NCBI RefSeq assembly: GCF_004010195.1
Contig: NC_057718.1
Coordinates: 34,253,318-34,307,034 of the forward strand
Length of the DNA stretch: 53,717 bases
Direction of reading: 5' to 3'
Origin: Chiloscyllium plagiosum
Lineage: Eukaryota
This document shows, in pieces, positions 24,988-37,254 of the stretch (positions are counted from its first letter, which is position 1; every line of letters starts with the position of its first letter). Made by a program: the position numbers and the translations under genes. Under the pieces are notes generated by a model. The model was not told where the DNA came from and did no database searches. It saw only the letters and a program-made list of their open reading frames with translations.

Positions 24988-25765
24988 AGTCATAGAATCA
25001 TATATAGATGTACAGTACGGATACAGAACCTTCGGTCCAACTTGTCCATGCCGACCAGATAGCCCAACCCAATCTAGTCCTACCTGCCAGCACCCAGGTC
25101 ATGTCCCTTCCTATTCATTTACCCATCCAGATGCCTTTTAAATGTTGCAATTGTACCCACCTCCACCACTTCCTCTGGCAGCTCATTCCATACACATCAC
25201 TCTCTGCATGAAAATGTTGTCCCTTAGGTCTCTTTTATATCTTGCCTTTCTCACCCTAAACCTAAGCCCTCTAATTCTGGACTCCCCCACCCCAGGGAAA
25301 AGACTTTGTCTATTTATCCTATCCATGCCCCTCATAATTTCATAAACCTCTATAAGGTCACCCCTCAGCCTCTGATGCTCCAGGAAAAATACCCTCAGCC
25401 TATTCAATCTCTCCCTATAGCTCGAAACCTCCAACCCTGGCAACATCCTTGTAAATCTTTTCTGAACCCTTTCAAGTTTTCCAACATCCTTCCGATAGGA
25501 AGAGACCAGAATTGCACACAGTATTCCAAAAGTGGCCTAACCAATGTCCTGTACAGCTGCAGCATGACCTACCAATTCCTGTAATCAATACTCTGACCAA
25601 TAAAGGAAAGCATACCAAACGCCGCCTTCACTATCCTATTTACCTGCAACTCCACTTTCAAGGAGCTATGAACCTGCACTCAAGGTCTCTTTGTTCAGCA
25701 ACACTCCCTAGGACCTTACCATTAAGGGTATAAGTCCTGCTCTGATTTGCTTTCTCAAAATGCAT
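24988..25765 (-). mobile_element. HER1/CR1 LINE 3' fragment (about 780 bp)
   Basis: ORF 25183-25446 MLPGLEVSSYRERLNRL...RLRGDLIEVY; tail near 24990. Confidence 0.92.
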
Positions 25766-26311
25766 CTTCAATCCACTTACAGGGCATTTCTGCTCTTCAA
25801 TACTGCACTAGCAACTATCATTCTAATGCTGTGTCGAGGACACCTTGCACACAGGGCCACATGCCCAGCTCACTGACTGCACCAGGATTCATCCCTATGC
25901 TCTTTGTTTGCTGCCATAACACTCATCACTCTGAGCCTACCTGGATGCTCACAGCTTCCCTGCCTTGTATTGCCTTGCCCTTTACACTTGGTGCCTCAGC
26001 CAGTGATGCTATTCTCATTTCTACTGCTGCCTTGTCATGTCGTTTAGCATGGACATAAGCCAGTTAGCTCATCATAAATGTCAACAGCCCTCAAGCAAAT
26101 CAAGGAGGTTACTGGTACAGTAATTCAAGGGCAGCCTCTGATACCAGTCCAGGCCCTTCCTGAGGTGGTCAGAGTCACAATCCTATCCTCACAGGGAGTA
26201 AGGAACAGAACGTCAGGCACTGTCATGATTTTTTGTGCCCTATTCTGGGTTATTTTCCTAATGGTACGACAGAGACAGAGAGAGAGGTATTGTGGGAGAT
26301 GAATGTTGGCT

Positions 26312-26885
26312 TAGGGTGAGGGGAAAAAACTTTAAAGGAACCTCAGGGGCACCTTTTTCACACAAAGGATGGTGCGTGTATGAAATGAGCTGCCAGAGAA
26401 AGTAGTGGAGGCTGGTACAATGACAACATTTAAAAGACATCTGGATGGGTATATGAATAAGAAGGCCTTAGAGTGACATGGGCCAAGTACTGGCAATTGG
26501 GACTAGATTAGGTTAGGATATCTAGTTTGATTAGATTCCCTACAGTTCGGCCCAACAAGTCCACACCGACCCTCTGGAGATTAACCCACTCACTCCCATT
26601 TCCCTCTGACTAATGTACCTAATGCTATGAGCAATTTAGCATAGTCAATTCACCTGACCTGCACATATTTGGACTGTGGGAGGAAACCAGAGCACCTGGA
26701 GGAAACCCATGCAGACACGGGGAGAATGTGCAAACTCCGCACAGACAGTCACCCGAGACTGGAATTGAACCTGGGACCGTGGTGCTGTGAGGCAGCAGTG
26801 CTAACCACTGAACCACCATGCTGCTCCCTTTACGTGGACAAGTTGGACCGAAGTTGGTCTGTTTATGCTTGTATGTCTCTATGGC
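26312..26885 (+). mobile_element. HER1 3' fragment interrupted by a SINE
   Basis: 3' UTR is split between ggatatctagtt (about 26527) and cgtggacaagttggaccgaag (about 26833). Confidence 0.85.
26529..26824 (-). mobile_element. HE1-type SINE nested in HER1 tail
   Basis: gattagattccctacag...gcagtgctaaccactgaaccaccatgctgc. Confidence 0.9.
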
Positions 26886-27884
26886 GACATAACTGTTTCT
26901 ATTCTGAGTGAATGAACAGGCAGAACAGAGGGCACGCAAGGTTAATGATGTGAGGGCTGGAGCGCATGAGACCGAGTGAGGTAAAATATTGCAGGCTATA
27001 GTGAGAGTTGTAAAACATGTGCCATGTTGGGACGAGGGTCCAGTAGCAGAGATAAAGTGAAAGTGAATTATTGGAAGACAATGATGACACTTACTCTAGT
27101 GGAGTGGAGAAGCACCATCCCAATCAGCAGAATGTCTGATCCCGCCTAACATATCCAGTGCAACAGTCTGCAACCACACTGGGCAGTTCCAGACTGACAG
27201 TGCTTATTCAGGTATATAACAGATTTGTAAACAGTGCTTAGGCTGCTGAAATTCTAGGCTATCTAGTGAGTGGTGAATTGTTCAGGGAATAACACATCAT
27301 AAAATAGAATGATGATTGTTTTCCTCTGGAAAAGGACCACAATGCATGCGAACAATTACACCAGTGTCAACTTAGTGCAATGGATCCCCATAATGAATAG
27401 CTGCATTAAAACACAGCAACAAAAAAAATACAACACCAAATATTAGCATTTGAAGGTGTCAAGGTCTTTTACATTTACCTTATTTTAGACTCGTCAACAG
27501 GTTTCAGGGAGTCCTGCTGAAACAGATTATAAACCTAAGAATTTGGTGAGTAATGGAGTTCGATGAAGTGTTCTTTCCCTCTTCTGACTTTGAGGAGCAG
27601 AAAAGCTGCACAAGATAGACAGAGAACCATTGGTGGTTCAGACCTTCCCACTCCCAAAATGTGTTCAGATAAATGGAGACATCTCCGGAAAACAGTTAAT
27701 CAATTTGTCAGTGACTATTTTACTCAATAATATGACCTTTTAAAGCCAGGAAATGTCTTGGTAATTGTAATGGTTTTATTAGCTTTAGCAAAGTTTATGA
27801 GCAGTAATAATTTTTTTGAGAATAGAAGGATTTATTCATTTTAAATTAATTAATAAGTACACATCAGTTAAGACACAAAACAGA

Positions 27885-29170
27885 TGACAGGGTAGGTGAT
27901 ATGGTGTGATTGCAGGATGTTGGTCTTCCTGGACACAATGTGATCCAGGCCAAACACGTCAGCAGCAAATGTTTGTGATTCAAGGATCTTCGACCCAGAC
28001 TTTATGAGCTCGAGGTAAAGTTGCACACAGTGCGATGAATCAAAGACAGGGCTAGTTACCTGCGCATTTTATTCCAGGAACTGGTTACACTGCTTTAGGA
28101 TTGGATCTGTGGACTTGGTAAGTGATCAGGTCCACAGGTATGTGACTGCAAGTGAGGCAGGCATAGGGACTCAAGAGATGGTGGATCTACAATTGCCTTT
28201 GCAATTGTCCAACAGGTTTGATGAAAATGAGGGCTTCAAGGTGGTTGAGCTAACCAACACTTTGCTACAGAAAGCCATTCATTTAGGGGGAGTGAGAAGG
28301 AATGTGGTGGTAGTCGTGAATAGATTAGCAAGAGAGATTAACATGGGCTATCTGCAGCAAAGAGTGAGAGTCCAAAAGGCTGTATTGCCTGTCTGGTGCC
28401 AGGTTCACAGCATTTGCTTAGGGCTAGAGAGTACTTGCAGTGGGAGCAGGAGAATCAGTTATCACTGAGAGATTCGATAGGCTGGGTTTGTTTTCCCAAG
28501 AGCAGAGAATGCTGAAAGGAGGATTTGACTGAGGTATACAAAAGTATAAATCCTTCGGTCCAACTCATCTGCGCTGACCATGAGAGGCATAGTTAGGGTA
28601 TATTGTAAGAATCTATTTACTGTGGCAGACATGTCTAAAACCAGATGCTGTAAGTTTAAGGTGAGGAGTAAGTGGTTAGAGGGGATTTGAGGAAAGATCT
28701 TTCACCCACAGAATGGTGGAAATATGGAACATGCTGTCTGAGAGGGTGGTGGAGGCAGTTACACTCGCAATATGTAAAAATTATTTTGATGAGCACCTAA
28801 AATGTCAGGACAAAGTAAGCTATAGACCAAGTGCAAGTAACTGGGATTTGTTTGATTTGGTGTTTATTGGTCAGAATAGACATGGTGGGCCAAAGGGGCT
28901 GTTTCTTTGCTATATGACTGTTTGATCCATTCAGGTACCAATAATTTAGACGGGACAAGAAAAGGGCTTCTGCATAGACAGTATGAGGAACCAGGTAACA
29001 AATTATAACGCAGAACTTCAAATAGCATTCGACTATTACCTTAGCCAGAAATAAATTGGGAAATCAGAATCTGGACCACTGGGAACAGTTTACATCTTAA
29101 CTGTGCTGGGGATGTTTTTCTAGCGAGTTGCAAAGTTAGCAAAGCAGAAATGGCTTTAAAGTAAATACTG
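27885..29170 (+). mobile_element. Highly decayed CR1 ORF1 remnant, split by a later CR1 3' fragment
   Basis: Cys-finger/zipper-like start, LQLSNRF motif (compare ISLQNRY in the 2618 ORF1), and HSGTNN resuming at about 28927. Confidence 0.6.
28468..28925 (+). mobile_element. CR1 LINE 3' fragment
   Basis: ORF 28713-28925 MVEIWNMLSERVVEA; tail gggccaaaggggctgtttctttgctatatgact. Confidence 0.8.
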
Positions 29171-30310
29171 GGGGACAAGTGATCATATTTGGATGTGATC
29201 ATTCAGAGTAGAGGCAAAACAAGGGAGAAAGATACAACAAGGATCCCCAAAAGAGGTCACTCCTTCACTTGCCCAACACTAACCCATACAGAAAAATCTA
29301 TTGTGCAATTGACTTTGTGCGGGCCTTCCCCCAGTATGGGGAAAAGTGGTGGTGCAGGTGGAGTAAGATACTTAAGTGCTCATTCTGTGGGCTGCCTCAT
29401 GCCTCCTCTTCCTCCACCTACAGTAAAATGAGAGATAGGTTGGGGGGCAGACAGGAGCAGGACTTGTTCATCATTTTATGAGTTTCCCGCGCCACCACCA
29501 ACTTCAAAGTTGGGGTAAAACACAAAATTTACCCCCTTGTTTCTTATTCACAGAAGAAGTTCCAACTGTGACTGCAGGCTCTGATGTTCTGGTTCACAAT
29601 TAAGCGTTTGAAAGCTCCCGGAGTGTAATTGTTTTAAGGTTACATTCCTGTAAATGTGACTATGTGCCAGAAAATCCCTGGCTCAGAACTCATAGCCTTC
29701 ACTGTATCCAAGCAAGAGTGCGTGTGCAGTCGCAGAGAGTGTGTGAGATCACTGTCAATTTGACCTGGTAGATATTCAAGCAAAACAACATTTTCTTCTT
29801 TAAGCTTCAACATTGAAACATACCACTGTCTCTGTGAATTTCCTTTATTGAACCATTAATGTTTTCATGTATTATTCAATATGTATTTTCGTGATGTTTT
29901 ATTGCTCTGGCAGTTTTGGTAGAAATGGGGAAATAAAATTTCAGAAAATTCAAATGAAGGCAGAATTGAGGCCAGGCCAAGAAACACCAGCATGAGAAAG
30001 AAATGTTTGAATTAGGAATCGCACTGGCAATTTCCAAGACCAGGGTTCTAGGTGCCCTCAGCTTTGTGGTCTTGAATTGGCTGCATTGACGGCCGGGCGG
30101 AATTTCTTCATGCCACAGATATGTACCTCAGCACAGCTGAAAGTGTAACCTTGGAATCATTTAAATACAGGAGCTGAACCCGTAGACCCTGCGGAAGGGC
30201 TGCTAAAACTTGAAATCATTGAGGTAATGAACCACTGACAAAAGAATGTGGTATCTCCCGCTTAAGGCTTCAGATGTTCCGGAGCTATTCTAAGGTAATA
30301 TATCGTGACC

Positions 30311-30400
30311 TGAAAATGTGTTGCTGGAAAGGCGCAGCAGGTCAGGCAGCATCCAAGGACCAGGAGAATCGACGTTTCGGGCATGAGCCCTTCTTCAGGA
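30311..30400 (-). mobile_element. Mini Penelope terminus with hammerhead (family 1)
   Basis: Minus strand cctgaagaagggctcatgcccgaaacgtcgatt; flanked by atatcgtgacc at 30300-30310 and 30401-30411. Confidence 0.85.
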
Positions 30401-30410
30401 ATATCGTGAC

Positions 30411-30445
30411 CACCTGATGAAGGAGCAGCGCTCCGAAAGCTAGTG
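30411..30445 (+). ncRNA. Minimal hammerhead ribozyme motif
   Basis: Helix I cac/gug, CUGAUGA, stem II ggagc/gcucc, GAAA, GCUA with palindromic AGCU. Confidence 0.75.
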
Positions 30446-30534
30446 CTTTCAAATAAACCTGTTGGAATATAACCTGGTGTTGTGTGATTTTTAACTTTCT
30501 ACAGCCCAGTCCAACACCGGCATCTCCAAATCAT
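30411..30534 (+). mobile_element. Mini Penelope terminus with hammerhead (family 2)
   Basis: cacctgatgaaggagcagcgctccgaaagctagtg; matches the minus-strand terminus at 46630-46760. Confidence 0.85.
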
Positions 30535-30699
30535 CGTTATTACAATGAGCACTGTGTTGATTCTGAAATTTAGATCTGACATTGTGATCTGAGGTGAAGT
30601 AAAATGGGTGGACAATGCCTATTTGAAATATATCAGCTTTTTGAATGTGCAATGTGAATGCATTAGCTATAACTTCACCAATCTCAGAAGTGTGTTTAA

Positions 30700-30895
30700 T
30701 GGATGGCTTTTTGTACATAGGATTGTGTCTTTTTTATTAAACTTCTGTTGCTAACTTATGCCTGTTGCCTTGAACCAATGTAAATACTGCAGTATCTAGG
30801 AAATTAATGTCTTCATTGTGTGTTGTGGCTTTAATTTTAACAGACGGTTGATGATTATTGACAATATTGATGAATTCTGTAAATATCAAAAATAG
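30700..30895 (-). mobile_element. Ancient Penelope RT fragment
   Basis: EFINIVNNHQPSVKIK...INFLDT...LATEV aligns by eye with FINFTNTFHPDLKF...LPFLDL of ORF 12371-12943. Confidence 0.7.
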
Positions 30896-31149
30896 CCCTG
30901 AATTGGGCTCAATGCAGTCAGCATTTAAATGATGCAAGTACAATAAAATAGGCCACAGAAGATATTTCCATGATTTGCACATACTTTCTATCCATTCTCA
31001 TGCATTCCAGTGGGCACATTCTGTGTCAACGGGCCTGACCTTTGCTGTTTGATGGCACAACATTAAAAGGTGCATTCTCACATGGTGACTGATGGGGAAA
31101 CTTACCAGCCTGTAAATAATGACCATTCGGGAGCAACTCCCAGAGATAC

Positions 31150-31345
31150 AGTGATTAAAAAGAAAACATAATTTTGCTTACGTAGCAAATTGTTGTGATA
31201 TGGAATGCAACGCTGGAAAGGAAGCAGATTAAAACAGCTACTGGCCTACAGGTAAAGAACAGGACAATGCAACTAATTGCTTGTCTTTGTTAAAAGTATG
31301 ATAGGCTGAACAGCCGCCTTCTGTGCTGTTCATTCTTTGATTTGT
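31150..31345 (+). mobile_element. Old CR1 3' fragment
   Basis: atggaatgcaacgc...tgataggctgaacagccgccttctgtgctg tail. Confidence 0.55.
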
Positions 31346-33309
31346 CAATACGTTTCTTAGCTATCTTTTTCATTGGGAATAGCACGTGGTATGAAGAAAG
31401 AAAGATTGCTTTTACATAGCACAGCCTTGATCATATCTTGTCACTTCCCATGCCAAGAATTAATTTGAAATGTAGTGATTATCAGGGAGAAAAAAATTAA
31501 AGAAGCAAAAAACAAATAATTGTGCATATGATATGCAACAGTGGCAAATGCAGGTACTTAATGGCTCTTGGCTAAATGGGTGTGCCACTATGGAACTGAG
31601 CCACCCAGTTTATAAAGGACCCATCTTTGATTTGGCTCTCTTGAGTTAGTTGACCTAGCCAATATAAACGAGCCTGTGAGATAATATGTTTCAGTGCTTC
31701 TGCATGAGTGGATGAGAAATCAGCCAGGCTCCCTGATGCTGAGCCCTATTTTCTGACCGTTGCTGTAAAGATTGCATGTGTAGTTTACCTCTTTGGTTTA
31801 CTTTTTCTTCATTTTACCAATTCAGCCACAGTTGAACACAGAGATTCATTCTGATTTTTAATTAACATCACAATTAGCAGAATCATTTTGCTGATCCATA
31901 TTACTAGAAACTATGTTCTGTGCAGGTCAGGGCTGTTACTGTCATATTAAAAGTTTAGTGGTAAAGAACATTTTACTTTCATGCTTAACCTTGATTCACT
32001 CAGGGCACCAGCTGGGTCTGTCACATTTCTTATCTGGGCTCATGACCTAAATTTCAACACATTGACCTATTTCACACAGGATAGAGATACTGCACACATT
32101 CACACAATAAGACAACTAAAAGAGGCTACTTCTTTGGAAAAGGCCTTATCTTAGCATACGAGACATTGGTTTGAATATTGGTTTTATTTTCTCATATCTG
32201 CTGGTCGTACACTGTACATTATTGCAAACCCAACAAAATGCATCTCCCCAACTACAAGTGAACAGAGCAATGGAACTGGGCGAGAGTTTTCAGAAAGTCT
32301 CTCCATAGAGCCACTCAGTGGCTAGAGCCTACAATAGCATCAGACACCTGGTTACTGAGTTTATTTAGATTACATGGAGAGAGTAAATGGCAGACTCACT
32401 CATACACGATTGTCTGTATTACAGGCCAAATAAATGGTGAAATTTTGTAAATAATTTGCAGGCCTGCAGCTCTTATCTGGCCTCCTGTCTCAACAAGGAC
32501 GAATCACTGTCAAAATAGTCCAGTAACCTAAAATGCTAATGTGCTTACAATTGGATTTAATGAAATGTTCTACCCTTTCTGCTTATATTTGATGGCTTAA
32601 AATTAATCTATTTTAATACAGCATTGTACCGAGACCTCACTACAGCTACAATTAGACTTGATGTCCTGGATGAGGGAAAAGAGGAAACCAACCAAGGTTC
32701 TCATGCTGAATAGGTATTCTTTAAGGGCTGCTGGTGTAGTTATATTTGGTCAAAATCATCACTGCATCACCAATTTACACTACAGTGTGACCACATCTTC
32801 TCCAATCATTTGCTACTACCAAAACATCTTACTAGTATTAGTCAAAGTTACTGATACCAGGTTGGAAGGATGCCCACCTAAAGTCGTTGGCAGAAAATAT
32901 GCTTAACCTTGATGATCAATAAAGGTTTATTGCATAATATTTACTATCTAGTTACATTATATCTGAGTTACATGATGGACACTGGTGAGATATCAGGCTC
33001 ACCTAAGAATAAGTACATGTTATTGTTAGCTATGTTGACTTAGCACTAGAACAACTAGAACTGAAGACATTAAAACTGGTGCAAAGCTTGTTAGATTTTC
33101 CCAGGAACAGTCCTTTAAATCTTGATGGGTGGAGCCTATATCATACCATCAGTTATCTTTCAGGTACTCACAGTCTTACACAATTAGGTGTCAGTGGAAA
33201 ATCCATACTTTATTGCCTGCTCTTAAATATAATTCACAGCATGCTAGTGAGCCACCTCTTAAACTATTGTAGTTTGTGTGGTGAAAATAGGTGTAGTGTA
33301 TTGTGAAGC

Positions 33310-35130
33310 TGGAACCCCAAGGATTTTGACCCTGTGATGATACAATCTAATTACAACTCAGCATTGTGTATTACCTTGAGAAAAATTTGGAATTACTGAT
33401 GTTCCTTGGCAACAGTTGCCCTTATCCTTCCAAATGGCAGAGTTCATAGGATTGGGATTGCCTGTTAAAGAATCATGGGCAAGACGCTATGGTGCAAGTT
33501 TATAGAGGATACATGTCTCCCAAATGCTTTGGGAGCCAGGAAGTGCATCACTTGATGCAAGTTTCTGGTTTTTCTCCAGTTCTTTGTGCTACAAGTAGTT
33601 TTGTGACTGGTTTAGTTAGGTTTCTGGTCAATGTTGACCCCCCCCAGTTGGTGGAGCATTCAGAGGTAGTAATGCCATTGAATGTCAAATGAAGGTAGTC
33701 AGACTGTCACTTGTTGGAGGCATCATTTCCTGGTACTTGTATGGCACAAATATTACTTTCAACTTATCAGCTCAATCCTGCATGTTAGTCGGGTTGTGAG
33801 ATATGCAGATACAGTTTGATTACTTAGATTAGATTACTTACAGTGTGGAAACAGGCCCTTCGGGCCAACAAGTCCACACCGACCCGCCGAAGCGTAACCC
33901 ACCCATACCCCTACATTTACCCCTTTACCTAACACTACGGGCAATTTTAGTATGGCCAATTCACCTGACTTGCACATCTTTGGACTGTGGGAGGAAACCG
34001 GAGCCCCCGGAGGAAACCCACGCAGACACGGGGAGAACGTGCAAACTCCACACAGTCAGTCGCCTGAGTCAGGAATTGAACCCGGGTCTCTGGCGCTGCG
34101 AGGCAGCAGTGCTAACCACTGTGCCACCGTGCCGCCCTCTACCTGAGTTTGCTTCTCTACCTGAGGAATGGTGAATGAGTCATTTTGCAAACATTGGCAA
34201 ACATTCTAATTTCTGACCTTAGGATGAAGAAGAGGTCATTGATGAAGCGGTTAAAAATGGATGAGTGTAAGTTATTACCCTGAAGAACTCCTATATGGTG
34301 TTATGGGGCCAACATGATTATCCTCCAACAATCACCACAAATCACTCTACACCATGTACTATGCAGTTTCCCCTTCACTCTCATTAGCTTCCATAGGGCA
34401 CCTCAATGGTACACTTAGTAAAATGCTGCCATGATATCAAGGGCAATCATTGTTTCACTTATCCCTGGGATTCATGTCTATTTTTGGATGAAGATTGTGA
34501 TAGAGTCTGAAATTGAGTTGTTCTGGTAGTCGGAGAAAGTGAGGACTGCAGATTCTGGAGATCAGAGTCGAGAGTTTGTTGCTGGAACCCAGACTGAACA
34601 GTGGTGAAGAAGTTACTGGTGAATAAGTGCTTTATGAAAACATTATCAGTAACAACTTTCATCACTCGGCTGATAGTTTAGATGGCACCTAGCTCTATTG
34701 GATTTGTCCTTTTTTATTGGCGATGGGCCATATCTGCACAACAACTTGCAATTGTCGTGTATATACTGGTGTTAGAAAGATATTGGAATAGCTTGACAAG
34801 AGAGTGGCTAGTTCTGAAATGCAAGACTTTAGTTAAAGCTGGGATATGAATCTGTGCACCATGTCATATCCAGTATGCTCAGCACTTCTTTATTTGATAT
34901 GGAGAGAATGGAATTGGCTGGAGAAGGGAAACTGTAATGCTGGGAACCTCAGGGGGAAGCTGAGATGGATCACCCACCCAGTTGCTTTTCACTGGGGTTG
35001 GGGTATTCATGCAACCTCCTTATCCCACTCATTGTTTAATTATTCAACATCATTCATGCTTGGATATGGCTAGACAGCAGATCTGTGATCCATTGAGGGA
35101 ACATGCTATGCTTTATATTATGAGTTGTTC
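33310..35130 (-). mobile_element. Decayed CR1/L2-group LINE ORF2 with nested SINE and PLE snippet
   Basis: RT-like remnants (MMKVVTDNVFIKHL...QSGF; aaatgctgccatgatatcaagggc); same family as 670-1135. Confidence 0.55.
33820..34137 (-). mobile_element. HE1-type SINE, CpG-rich (young) copy
   Basis: Near-identical to 43164-43488 in the opposite orientation. Confidence 0.95.
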
Positions 35131-35204
35131 CACATGCAGCGTCATCAGCTTACTCCTGATGCTCTTCCTGGCCTACCTTTCTGCACTTTTTGATGAACAA
35201 GTTC

Positions 35205-36220
35205 TCCACACTAGAAGGCCCAAATGGAGATTGGGTGGCTGCTTTGCTGAACATGTCTGCACAGTCTGCAAAGTGTGACACTGAGCTTCCGGTCACTTGT
35301 CATTTTAATTTCTCACCTTGCTCCCACTCTCATCTTTCAATTGGGCACTTTACAGTCTTCCAAATATAACATTGAGTTCAACCGTTTTAGATTGTAACCT
35401 TTGTCCAAAATTGTTTCCTTTCTTTTTGCTGTTTTCATTTCCCTACTTTGCTTTTCTCTCGTTACTATTCACTGCTTTTGGATGATAGTCGTCCATGACT
35501 CTGCCTTTCACATCTCCTCGAGACACATCTTTTTCTTGTCCCATTACGATTCCCATTGGCCTTACACAGTGAAATACTTTGTCATTCAATCTTTCCTGCC
35601 CTCCACTCCATCATAGACATCCCTTGTTGTTGTTTATTTTTTCCCTCACCTTCCCCCTTTCATTTGCTTAAAACCTATTGAGCTAAAGGGAGAGGTTGAA
35701 CAGGCTAGGGCTGTTTTCCCTGGAGCATCGGAGGCTGAGGGGTAATGTTATAGAGGTACTTTAAAACCAAGAGGGTCATGGATAGGATAAATAGACAAAG
35801 TCTTTTCCCTGGGATGGGGGAGTCCAGAACCAGAGGGCATAGGTTTAGGGTGAGATGGGAAAGATTTAAAAGGGACTAAGGGGCAACTTTTTCACGCAGA
35901 GAGCGGTACGTGTATGGAATGAGCTGCCAGAAGAACTGGTGGAGTTTGGTACAGTTACAACATTTAAAAAACATCCGAATGGGTACCTGAATACGAAAGG
36001 TTGGCATAGATGAGTTGGCATGGATGAGTTGGACCGAAGGGTCTGTTTCACTGCTGTACATCCTGTGACATTATCACACCTTTAATTTTTCCCACTTCTG
36101 ATGAAAGGTCATTGACCTGAAATGTTATTCCTATTTCCTTTTCCACAGAGGCTGCCAGAGCAACTAAGCACTTCCTGTTTTTAATTTCAGATTTCCAGCA
36201 TCCGCAGTATTTTGATTTTT
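35205..36220 (+). mobile_element. Old Penelope 3' region (family 3), interrupted by HER1
   Basis: GIY-YIG remnant KWRLGGCFAEHV...PVTCHFN; terminus ctgatgaaaggtcattgacctgaaatg...tttccagcatccgcagt at about 36098-36210. Confidence 0.7.
35679..36070 (+). mobile_element. HER1 3' fragment
   Basis: Close match to 1-382. Confidence 0.9.
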
Positions 36221-36429
36221 TAAATAATTATCTTGGAATTTATTCAATTGCATGTTCTGCATTAGAATTTGAAATTGAATGAAAGGAAATGTTAAAAAAA
36301 GGAATTATTTACTAAGAAGTTGATTAGTTTGTGGAACTCCTTGCCAGAATCCATTATTGATGCCAAGTCAAAAAGGAATGGAAAAGTCATTTTAAAAAGA
36401 TGCATTTTAATGGAAACAAATAATGAGCA

Positions 36430-37250
36430 GAAGAGTGCACTCCCTGGCCCTTTTGCTTAGCCCTGCAAATCTTTTCTCTTCAGGGTTATATATAATTTTG
36501 ATAGTCATGATTGAATCTCCCTTTTGGGCTGCACATTCCGGAACCTAAACACTCCTGTGTAAAGACATTTTTGCTCATGATACCATTGGTCCTTTCATCA
36601 ATCATCTTCATTTGTTGTTCTCTGGTTCTCGGTCCTTCCACCAACAGGAACAGTTTCTCCCGATCTACCCTACCTGGAATCCTGATGAAGGGCTTTTGCC
36701 TGGAACGTCGACTTTCCTGCTCCTCGGATGCCTGACCTGCTGTGCTTTTCCAGCACCACTCTGATCTAAACTCCAGTTTCCAGCATCTGCAGTCCTCACG
36801 TTTACCTGCCTGGAATCCTGATGATTATAAAACCCATTTCAAAACTCCTTTCAATCTTTGCTTTCCTCATCGAAATGTTCTCTTAGCTATCCATGTAGTG
36901 ACAATCATTGGAGACCAATAGGTTTTAGAATGATAGTCAAATTTCCAGTGACTGACTGGAAGGATTTCATAGCAAGAATTCAAGTTTTAAGATGGTTATT
37001 GTAGCAAACAAACTAAAAATAACAGGAATGCTTCTAAATTTCCTCTCACCTCTTCTTTAAGGAGAACAATGAAGGCTTCTTCAATCTATCCACATAACTA
37101 TAGTTCCGTATCTCCAAAACCATTTCAGTAAATATTTTCTGCATCATCGCTAATGCTTTTCCATTCTTCCTGAAAAATGGCTTCAAGAATTGGATATGAT
37201 ACTCCAATTGAGTGTTTTATAAGCACTCATCATCTTTTGTTCTGTATGAC
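36430..37250 (-). mobile_element. Old CR1 3' fragment(s)
   Basis: cctctggttct/ggaacagtttctcccgatctaccct-type and ggagaacaat...tcaatctatcc reverse CR1 C-terminal sequence. Confidence 0.5.
36681..36808 (+). mobile_element. Mini Penelope terminus with degenerate hammerhead
   Basis: cctgatgaagggcttttgcctggaacgtcg; 16-bp duplication cctggaatcctgatga at 36673-36688 and 36809-36824. Confidence 0.85.
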
Positions 37251-37254
37251 CTGA

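Noticed and set aside
27489..27545. Plus-strand 57-nt exon-like segment (TRQQVSGSPAETDYKPKNL) with good splice motifs
   Set aside because: Isolated, with no recognisable homology or compatible neighbouring exons.
30177..30186. AACCCGTAGA, identical to the 5' end of miR-99/100
   Set aside because: Only 10 nt match; the rest of the mature sequence and a complementary hairpin arm are absent.
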